DNA of 59,394 nt, the filler included. It is 10 parts of 10 records of this genome, joined end to end, with 100 filler letters (N's around TTAATTAATTAA, not from the genome) between each part and the next. Parts side by side here need not be neighbours in the genome. Positions count along the whole stretch, not along the records: positions 48,749 to 54,046 come from SRR31147125_10619; positions 54,147 to 59,394 come from SRR31147125_10623; 8 more parts are not named here. One strand, written 5' to 3'. The stretch's first letter is position 1. The number at the start of each line of letters is the position of its first letter. Both the position numbers and the translations under genes were made by a program. Positions 51,755 through 59,394 of this stretch are shown one piece after another. Below the pieces are notes generated by a model. It was not told the DNA's origin, ran no database searches, and saw only the letters and a program-made list of their open reading frames with translations.

Positions 51755-53905
51755 TTAATTCTCCACCTGACTTCTCCATAACTCATAGTATTTCCCCTTG
51801 TTTTCCAACAATTCCTCATGAGAACCGTTCTCTATTATTTCTCCCTTATCAAGAACAACAATTCTATCACAACTTCTGATTGTACTAAGTCTGTGAGCAA
51901 TAATTAAGGTTGTTATATCTTTACTTATATGTTCCACCGTGCTGTGAATAGCCTTCTCAGTAGCACTGTCCAAACTACTCGTTGCTTCATCTAGTATAAG
52001 CATATTTGGATTTTTCAATATAATTCTAGCAAATGCTATTCTCTGCCTTTGTCCTCCTGATAAACTAGATCCTCTTTCTCCAACCATAGTTTCATATCGT
52101 AGTTGCATTCCGTTGATAAAATCATGAGCTTTGGCTTTTTTTGCTGCTTCAACAATATCCTCGGGATTTTTATTATTAACTCCAAAGGAGATGTTTTCTC
52201 TGATACTTCCACTAAATAAAAATATCTCTTGAGGAACATAGCCTATATTATCTCTTAGACTCTCTATATTCATATCTTGAATATGGTGGCCATCCACCAA
52301 AACTTCTCCACTTTCAGGAAGGTAATATTTCAATAATAACTTAGCAAGTGTTGTCTTACCTGAACCACTTTCCCCGACAATCGCAACTTTTTCTCCTGCC
52401 TTTATTTTCAAATTAATATTTTTCAGAACTTGCTCTCTTGTACCGTATCTAAAATTAACATCTTTAAACTCTATATCACCTTTTATCTTATCTATACTCA
52501 CTTTTTTACTTTCATTTATTTTCTCACTATCAAGATCCAGTATCTCTCCTAACCTATCCGAAGCAACATAAGCTTCCTGAAGTGATGGGATTAAATTTAT
52601 CAGTCTCTTAACAGGGTCAAAGAAATAGCTAAATAATGCATTAAAAGTTATAAGTTGACCTATAGATATATTGCCCTTTATTACTTGTATACCTCCGGCC
52701 CATAAAATTACAACATTCCCTAAATAATTAAACAAACTTTCTAATGAAGTAGATATGTTCTTAAGCCACCCCGCTTTAAAGCTTGCCCTTACGTATTTTA
52801 TAAATTTTGTCTCTGTTTCAAAATTAGCGATTTCCTCACCATTTAATGATTTAATGGCTGCTACACCATTTAATGATTCAACAAGATATGACTCCATATC
52901 AGCTGCTTTTTCCATCTCAGTCCTATGAGTATTTTGAAAAGGTTTAACAAATATCCAAGCTATAATTATGTGTGCTGGTATAAAGAGTAATGAAATTAAA
53001 AACAATGTAGTATTTTGTATTCCTAATACAATTCCTGATATAATAAGCATTAAAACATCTATTAAAACTGTTAATGTAGCTCCTGATATAGCTTGCATAA
53101 TTTTCCCTGCATCAGATAGTCTTGATAAAATCTCTCCTACTTTCCTTGTATCAAAAAATGACATAGGTAGTTCCATTACGTGGCTATAATATTGTGTTAT
53201 CAAAGCTACGTTTATTTTTTGCCCTAAATAGAGTAATATATGCTGTCTAAAAGCATTTAATAAAATTTTAAAAACATATAACATCAACATACCAATAGAA
53301 AATATCATAAGCATATTTTCTAGTCGATTACTTAAAATATCATCTATTAAAAACTTGAAGTAAAATGCTCCTAAGAGACCTAGTACTGTATAGAGTATTG
53401 AAGCTATAAAGATATGTGTCAATAATCCTCTATGAGGTGTTAGTAAACCTAAAAATCTTGAGAAAAGACCAGTTGTTTCATCTCGTTTCTTAAAATCATT
53501 CTGAGGTAATAATAAGATTAAAATTCCTGTCCAGATTTCAAAAAATTCTTCTTTTTTATACTTAAGTATTCCTTTCGCAGGATCTGCAACTATTATTTCT
53601 TTCTTATTTACTTCATGTATAACAACATAATGAAGTAATTGATCTTCTGTTATTACATGTGCGATACACGGTAAAACGAGTTCATCAGTTAAGTGTTCTG
53701 GTGCTCCTTTTACAGCTTTCCCTGTAAAACCTATCTCTTTTGCAGCTTTTAAAATACCATAAGCATTTGTTCCCTCTCTATCAGTTCCCGCAATTTCTCT
53801 AATTTTAGATATTGCCAATTTTAAACCATATTGTTTTGAAATTGTGGCAAGACATGCTGCCGCACAATCAGTTGTATCATGTTGTTTTATGCAATAATAT
53901 TTCAT
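51755..53905 (-). CDS. C39 peptidase-containing ABC transporter (PCAT)
   Basis: QHDTTDCAAACL, HYVV, ADPA; GESGSGKT; LSGGQRQR. Confidence 0.95.
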   Translation of the reverse strand: MKYYCIKQHDTTDCAAACLATISKQYGLKLAISKIREIAGTDREGTNAYGILKAAKEIGFTGKAVKGAPEHLTDELVLPCIAHVITEDQLLHYVVIHEVNKKEIIVADPAKGILKYKKEEFFEIWTGILILLLPQNDFKKRDETTGLFSRFLGLLTPHRGLLTHIFIASILYTVLGLLGAFYFKFLIDDILSNRLENMLMIFSIGMLMLYVFKILLNAFRQHILLYLGQKINVALITQYYSHVMELPMSFFDTRKVGEILSRLSDAGKIMQAISGATLTVLIDVLMLIISGIVLGIQNTTLFLISLLFIPAHIIIAWIFVKPFQNTHRTEMEKAADMESYLVESLNGVAAIKSLNGEEIANFETETKFIKYVRASFKAGWLKNISTSLESLFNYLGNVVILWAGGIQVIKGNISIGQLITFNALFSYFFDPVKRLINLIPSLQEAYVASDRLGEILDLDSEKINESKKVSIDKIKGDIEFKDVNFRYGTREQVLKNINLKIKAGEKVAIVGESGSGKTTLAKLLLKYYLPESGEVLVDGHHIQDMNIESLRDNIGYVPQEIFLFSGSIRENISFGVNNKNPEDIVEAAKKAKAHDFINGMQLRYETMVGERGSSLSGGQRQRIAFARIILKNPNMLILDEATSSLDSATEKAIHSTVEHISKDITTLIIAHRLSTIRSCDRIVVLDKGEIIENGSHEELLENKGKYYELWRSQVEN

Positions 53906-54146
53906 TTTTTCATCCTCTAAGTTTTAAGAATAATCTTCAAATATAAAGTAAACCAGAAGACACTATTCTTTCTTAATTTATTTTATATTCCCATTCAAAG
54001 TTTCCGCCTTAATGTCTTTCATTATTTCAATAAATTTTAATGGCTCNNNNNNNNNNNNNNNNNNNNNNNNNNNNNNNNNNNNNNNNNNNNTTAATTAATT
54101 AANNNNNNNNNNNNNNNNNNNNNNNNNNNNNNNNNNNNNNNNNNNN

Positions 54147-54515
54147 GAATTCAAAGGGATCGTTTTTTTCCATGGCAATGCGCTGTTTTTCAATGATGTC
54201 TCTGAAACGGGCAATATGGGATTTGGTTATCAGGGATACGGCTTTTTTAACCAGGTATTCCTCTATGGCCACCCTGAGTTCGTACATCTGGGCCACTTCG
54301 GCAACGGTCAGTTCCTGGACCACAATGCCCTGGTTGGGAATAATCCTGATAAACCCCTCGGCCTGGAGCCTGTGCAGGGCGTCCCGGACAGGGGTTTTAC
54401 TCATGTCCAGGTCCTTTGTCAGCCCATTTACCGAGATGGGGGCTGAATTGGAGATCTCTCCGTAAATGATTTTTCGTTTTATGCCATCATAGGCCTGGTC
54501 TGTTTTATTGCCCAT
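54147..54515 (-). CDS. GntR (FCD subfamily) regulator (C-terminus cut)
   Basis: MSKTPVRDALHRL, YELRVAIE. Confidence 0.9.
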
Positions 54516-54553
54516 TTTTTCCTCTTCTTACAAGGGTGTTCAGGTTTGTGACA

Positions 54554-54589
54554 ACTGGTATCTAACCGATATATCGGTTGAATACCAGT
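54554..54589. promoter_or_regulatory. palindromic operator upstream of the gntR-family gene
   Basis: ACTGGTATCTAACCGAT-AT-ATCGGTTGAATACCAGT; minus-strand TTGACA at 54612-54617. Confidence 0.6.
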
Positions 54590-54934
54590 CATATATGGGT
54601 GGGTATGAATTTGTCAAGACAAAATATGGACCTGTTTAAAAAACATTCACACCCATAAACGCCACACGTACCCTTCGTAAGACAGTTTAGGCCGTCCGTT
54701 TTTAATAATAGTGAAGGTCATAGGCCTGCATTAATAAAGAAGAGACCGAAGCATATCCTCTGGGACGAGGGGGGTAAATCCTATTCCCAGAGGTAAGGCG
54801 TCCTGAAATTTAATAATAAGGGTAACCCATGATGGGATTTAAGTTTGGATTTGAGGTGGTTCAGTGGGCGTTTTTACCGAAATGGTATTAGAATCGCATT
54901 CAAACGCCCTGGTTTTGGTGTCAAACAACCTCTG

Positions 54935-56236
54935 TTAATTCACCATCCCGAACAAACCAGGTAGAAAAAGAGAAAGAGAAGGCCAGTAGGTGGTGATAAG
55001 AACCACAGGGATTAACCCGCAAAACATGAAAATCAGTGCATATCTGATATACTCGGAGACACGGCAGCCGGTAATATGGCCGGCCATATAAAGAATCGGA
55101 GCTGTCGGTGGCGTGACATTACCCAGGCCGAGGTTCACGCCGAGGATGGCCGCGAATTGAAGCGGATGTACATTGAGTTCCTGCATGACCGGAAAGAGTA
55201 GGGATGTGGCAAGCACGGTTCCGCTTATATCATCCATGATCATACCGATAAGTAACAAAAAACCGTTGACGGCAAGTAGAATGATGAACTTATTGTCTGA
55301 TATCCCTAGAATCGCTTGTGCCATCTCCTGGGGTATTTGTTCAAAAACAAGAATGCGGGTGTTGATCATGATAAAAAAGAGCATTAGCACGAGAGAGCCC
55401 GTGGTGGAAGCAGCCCTGACAACGCTGAGGCCGATGCCTTTCCATGTGGTTTCACGATTGACATAGCGGCTGATAAAGACAACGTAGATAACAGCAAGGC
55501 AAGCCGTCTCCGTAGGCGTGGCAAGACCACCGTAAATACTGCCGAGAAGCAGTACCGGGAGAAGAAGAGCAGTAAACGCCTTCTTTGTTGAAAAAGCGAA
55601 TTCGATAACGCGTTTCTTGGCTGGTAAAGGAGGGGGCACAACCAGGTCCATTTTTCGGGTGAGTATAAAGTTGATTCCACAAAAAATGATAATCGTCAGT
55701 ATGCCAGGACCAACTGTGGCAAGCCAGCAACCCGGGATTGACTGGTAGGTCAGCAGCGCAAACATGATACCGGCAATACTGGGTGGGATAAGCTGGCCAA
55801 GTATTGAAGAACAGGCCACCAGAGCCGTAGAATAATTGCGTGGATATCCGCTTTCTTCCATCTGGGGCACGATAATGGTGCCGATAGCTGCCACGGCAGC
55901 CGAACAGGATCCGCCAATGGATCCAAATAAAGCGCAGGCAACAATAGCCACGGCCCCCAGGCCGCCTCTCATATATCCTGCAATTGAATTCACAAAGGCA
56001 ATAAGCCGTGCCGCAAGTCCTCCGGAACTCATCAGGTTGCCGATTAAAATAAAAAATGGGATTGATAATAAAACAACAGACTTGATCTGAGTGAAGGCGG
56101 TGGGGATTAGCATGGCGCTGCTTACGTCAAAACTGACAATAAAAAACAAAGCCATACTGCCAAAGCTCATGGCTACAGGCACACCAAATACGATCATAAC
56201 AACAAGCAGACTTAAACCGATCAGTAATGTTTCCAT
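54935..56236 (-). CDS. dctM: TRAP large permease
   Basis: LLSIPFFIL, LIPPSI, ATPTETA, VTPP. Confidence 0.9.
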   Translation of the reverse strand: METLLIGLSLLVVMIVFGVPVAMSFGSMALFFIVSFDVSSAMLIPTAFTQIKSVVLLSIPFFILIGNLMSSGGLAARLIAFVNSIAGYMRGGLGAVAIVACALFGSIGGSCSAAVAAIGTIIVPQMEESGYPRNYSTALVACSSILGQLIPPSIAGIMFALLTYQSIPGCWLATVGPGILTIIIFCGINFILTRKMDLVVPPPLPAKKRVIEFAFSTKKAFTALLLPVLLLGSIYGGLATPTETACLAVIYVVFISRYVNRETTWKGIGLSVVRAASTTGSLVLMLFFIMINTRILVFEQIPQEMAQAILGISDNKFIILLAVNGFLLLIGMIMDDISGTVLATSLLFPVMQELNVHPLQFAAILGVNLGLGNVTPPTAPILYMAGHITGCRVSEYIRYALIFMFCGLIPVVLITTYWPSLSLFLPGLFGMVN

Positions 56237-56331
56237 TTTTAGGGAGTCCTCATAGTACGGATGCTGATGCACACCACCTTTTATGGGTTGGATATGGGCA
56301 AATTAAATTCATGGTCAACAATTGGAATTGG

Positions 56332-56817
56332 CTATCTGTGAAGAATCCTTTTGACCAATTCTTTTAAAAAGAAAACAAAGAGTAAAACAGCCCCAACAAG
56401 AATCGCGACCTGGAAATACACTGTCGGAATGTGAAGGCTGGGGGTTACTTCATGCCTGGATATGGACCATTGTACATAATTGTAACTCCAGACGACCATA
56501 TACCCGGAAATAACGATGGATACGAGGGATGCAAAAAGTGAGATATAGTACTGGGCTGAGGCTGGAACTCTGAATATTTCCAGCATGTCCGCTTTGATGT
56601 GATCACTTTTTAATGCGCTATAGGCGGCACCCAGCATATAAAACCACACCGCAGTATGACCGGTGAATTCATCAAGACCGTGAAATGGCAATGGCAAAAA
56701 ATACCGCCCGCAAACCTGTAAGGCCATTGAAGCAACAACGACAATCGTGATCAGGAGGATCGCAATTATAAGTGTTTTTTCGATTAGCGTGTCGATTAAT
56801 TCAAGCGTGTTCATCAT
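56332..56817 (-). CDS. dctQ: TRAP small permease
   Basis: Four TMs; QVCGRY; VWFYMLGA; HIKAD. Confidence 0.85.
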   Translation of the reverse strand: MMNTLELIDTLIEKTLIIAILLITIVVVASMALQVCGRYFLPLPFHGLDEFTGHTAVWFYMLGAAYSALKSDHIKADMLEIFRVPASAQYYISLFASLVSIVISGYMVVWSYNYVQWSISRHEVTPSLHIPTVYFQVAILVGAVLLFVFFLKELVKRILHR

Positions 56818-56886
56818 AGAACCTCTCTTTTGGTCCGGCACTGCCATACCCAGTGCCGGACCCTGTAAGACTAAAATTGCGTTGGT

Positions 56887-57897
56887 TTACTTCTTCAAGC
56901 TTGTGCGGATGGCATCCATGGCTTCTTTGCCAATGGTTTCCTCCATTTTCGGCCAGGTTTTACGCCCCAGTTCAGTCGCCTTGGCCAATTTATCCGGGGT
57001 ATCAATGAGGTCTATAACTGTGAGACCGTGATCTGAGAGTTTTTTCATGTACGCCTGTTCTTCAGCCTCGGCAGTCTGGACCCGCCTGGCAACTATTTCA
57101 TTAATAATGTTCTGGATAAGTTCCTGGTCATCGGCTTCTAACTTCTCCCAGCTGTCTTTATTCATGACAGCCCCCCAAAGCTCCAGGCTATCGCGATAAT
57201 GGATATAATATTTGTTAATATCCCGAACCAAATTCCAGGACTGCGCCGGACCGCCACCTGCTTGTCCCTCCACTACGCCAGTACTGATAGCGGTTGGGAC
57301 TTCACTGTACGGTATAATGCTGACTTCGAATCCCAAATTTCTGTAGATATCCTGGATAAGGCCCACAGGCGTGCTCCGAATCTTGAGTCCTTTGGCTTCT
57401 TCGGGGGTGGTGGCGGGATGATTCAAAGATACCCCGGTAAATCCCTGCATCCAGGTTCCCATCCAGTGCATCCCTTTTTCATCCGCCCATTTTGTAAACA
57501 GAGCGTTCATAAATCCATCCGGTCCAAAGATCTCGGCTGCGGTGGTATAATCGGTTACCAGGTAGGGAAACTGCATCGCTGCCCAGCGAGGATCAAAGGT
57601 TGTAGCAATCGGGTCGAGCATAATATCAATTTCACCCCGTAAGACCATCTCGTTGATTTCCAGATAATCGCCCAGTTCTATACCATAGCGCTTAAATTTG
57701 ATACGTCCGTTGGTTTCTTTGGTGACACGGTCTGCCAACTCTTCCATCGCTGCCCGAGAAGCGCTCGGCGCCGGCAAGGTCGTATGTGCTATTTTAAGTT
57801 TGTGCTTTTTTGTGCCAGCTTCAGCGGCATTGTGAAAGGAACAAGTGATCAGGGTTAAACCAATAATGCAGGCCAGTGTTACAATGCGTCTCTTCAT
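56887..57897 (-). CDS. dctP: TRAP substrate-binding protein
   Basis: Signal peptide; KETNGRI; KGLKIRS; YSEVPTAISTGVVEG. Confidence 0.9.
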   Translation of the reverse strand: MKRRIVTLACIIGLTLITCSFHNAAEAGTKKHKLKIAHTTLPAPSASRAAMEELADRVTKETNGRIKFKRYGIELGDYLEINEMVLRGEIDIMLDPIATTFDPRWAAMQFPYLVTDYTTAAEIFGPDGFMNALFTKWADEKGMHWMGTWMQGFTGVSLNHPATTPEEAKGLKIRSTPVGLIQDIYRNLGFEVSIIPYSEVPTAISTGVVEGQAGGGPAQSWNLVRDINKYYIHYRDSLELWGAVMNKDSWEKLEADDQELIQNIINEIVARRVQTAEAEEQAYMKKLSDHGLTVIDLIDTPDKLAKATELGRKTWPKMEETIGKEAMDAIRTSLKK

Positions 57898-58109
57898 ACG
57901 TTACCTCCTTGGCAGTCATTGCTGCCAATAGATTTACCTTTATTGTGAAACGGTCTCATAATGTCGGGAAAACGATTCCCCCGACTATTTTCAGCCTTCT
58001 TAGGCCAGTCAAACAATAGCTTTGCCCTTGGACTTGCTTGAGGCAAGGTCATTACGTTGCCTTCCATTTTGCAAAATTTAATTTAAAGCAATTATATTAT
58101 GTCAGGGAC

Positions 58110-59390
58110 TTAAAAAATGTCATGCCCATTAGCGTAAACCGGAAAGCGAGTACACATGTCGCTGACGTTATTTTTTACTGTCTCCTGAATTTCAGCATTT
58201 TCAGGGTGTTGGATGAGCTGATCAATCCAGTTAACAATCATCCCTATTTCTTCCTTACCAATGTTCCTGGCAGCAAGCGCACCTGTACCAATGCGTATCC
58301 CGCTCGATTTGCCCGGGTGTTTTGCATCTGCGGGAACGACATTACGGTTGAGAATAATACCGCAGTCCTCTAAATACGCTTCTGCCTGGGCCCCAGTCAC
58401 ACCGGTATCACTTAAGTCCACAACCACTTGATGGTTGTCGGTTCCTCCAGTGACTATCCGGTACCCTTTTTCCGCCATGCAGTTAGCCATATATGCTGCG
58501 TTTTCTATCGTCTGTTTCTGAATTTTAATAAACTTAGGATCTGTCACGAGCTTCATGATAACTGCTTTGGCAGCAATAAGGTTTACCGCACTTGTCCCTT
58601 GAGTCCCTGGGAAGACGCTTTTGTTTAATTTCTTGCCAAACTTTTCTCTTGCCAGGATCATTCCACCTCTTCCGCCCATGAGCGTTTTGTAGCATGTAAA
58701 TGTGACAAAATCGCAATGTGGAACCGGACTGGGGATGGCGCCGCCTGCAACAAGACCTGCCAGATGTGCAATATCGGCCAACAAGTATGCTGACACCTCC
58801 TTGGCTATGTCGGCCATCTTTTTGTAATCAATGAGTCTTGGGTAGGAACTTGCGCCGGCTACAATCATCTTGGGCTTGAATTCCAGAGCCATTTCCCGAA
58901 CCTGTTCGTAGTCGATACGTTCAGTTACGGGATCTATAGCGTAGTGTTTAAAATTAAAACATTTGCTGGTTGCAGAGGCTCTGTGCCCATGGGAGAGATG
59001 ACCACCGTGTGGTAAGCTCATAGACAATATACGATCACCAACATCAAGCACACCAAAGTAAACGGCCAGATTCGCCGAGGTACCACTGTGGGGCTGAACA
59101 TTTACATACTCAGCTTTAAAAACTGATTTAGCCCTTTCAATTGCAAGGTTTTCGACAGTATCAACATGCTTGCATCCGGCGTGATATCTATTTCCAGGGT
59201 ATCCTTCTATGGTTTTGGTATTGAAAATGGAACCCATAATTTCCATTATGGATTTAGGAGAGTGGTTTTCAGCAGCAATGAGGTTCAGGGTGTTGTCGAT
59301 TCTCTCCTCTTCCTTGGCGACAAGTGCTGCCATCTCAGGATCGTTTCGTTGAAGGAATTTCATGATAGGCTCCTTGGTATAGATGTTCAT
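58110..59390 (-). CDS. glyA: serine hydroxymethyltransferase-family enzyme, divergent (MSHMT-like)
   Basis: LIAAEN, VQPHSG, GGHLSHG, DIAHLAGL, GIRIGT; non-canonical TIEGYP and TCYKT. Confidence 0.88.
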   Translation of the reverse strand: MNIYTKEPIMKFLQRNDPEMAALVAKEEERIDNTLNLIAAENHSPKSIMEIMGSIFNTKTIEGYPGNRYHAGCKHVDTVENLAIERAKSVFKAEYVNVQPHSGTSANLAVYFGVLDVGDRILSMSLPHGGHLSHGHRASATSKCFNFKHYAIDPVTERIDYEQVREMALEFKPKMIVAGASSYPRLIDYKKMADIAKEVSAYLLADIAHLAGLVAGGAIPSPVPHCDFVTFTCYKTLMGGRGGMILAREKFGKKLNKSVFPGTQGTSAVNLIAAKAVIMKLVTDPKFIKIQKQTIENAAYMANCMAEKGYRIVTGGTDNHQVVVDLSDTGVTGAQAEAYLEDCGIILNRNVVPADAKHPGKSSGIRIGTGALAARNIGKEEIGMIVNWIDQLIQHPENAEIQETVKNNVSDMCTRFPVYANGHDIF

Positions 59391-59394
59391 TCTA

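Noticed and set aside
54757-54792. CCTCTGGGA...TCCCAGAGG hairpin as an ncRNA
   Set aside because: Single stem downstream of dctM, compatible with a terminator or stabiliser; no other support.

Overview
This window is not one locus. It is ten unrelated contig fragments of about 5-7 kb, joined by 100-nt artificial linkers (N44-TTAATTAATTAA-N44), so gene context is only meaningful within a fragment. Differing GC content and gene styles suggest several anaerobic/sediment-type bacteria; that taxonomy is impressionistic. Contents: (1) alkaline phosphatase + YibE/F, a two-component set and an LRR fragment; (2) polysaccharide export fragment, PAS kinase, Tat aldo/keto reductase, UpxY-type NusG paralog and a sigma-54 activator; (3) GNAT, FMN-binding protein, two-component pair, DsrE, Crp + two DMT transporters; (4) chelatase-like ATPase + vWA, UbiB kinase + phasin-like protein, RecQ; (5) GNAT, DUF1624, methyltransferase, FAD/BBE oxidoreductase; (6) TRAP, aminotransferases, GlcD/GlcF; (7) flhA start, Cys-rich vWA lipoprotein, triple DsbA; (8) polC, hemW, mltG, lysO, rnj; (9) C39 peptidase ABC exporter cluster; (10) divergent SHMT + TRAP + GntR. 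Many genes have single-base frameshifts in homopolymers, probably sequencing errors. I saw no rRNA, tRNA, CRISPR array or transposase. Best leads: three tandem covarying hairpin repeats upstream of dsrE (18073-18397); an alpha-methylserine-hydroxymethyltransferase-like SHMT paralog with its own TRAP system; a sigma-54 circuit feeding a UpxY antiterminator; a 23-aa hydrophobic peptide with its own promoter; and a vWA/Cys-repeat lipoprotein next to a CPFC-CPFS-CPFC triple thioredoxin. All calls are by eye; no searches were run.
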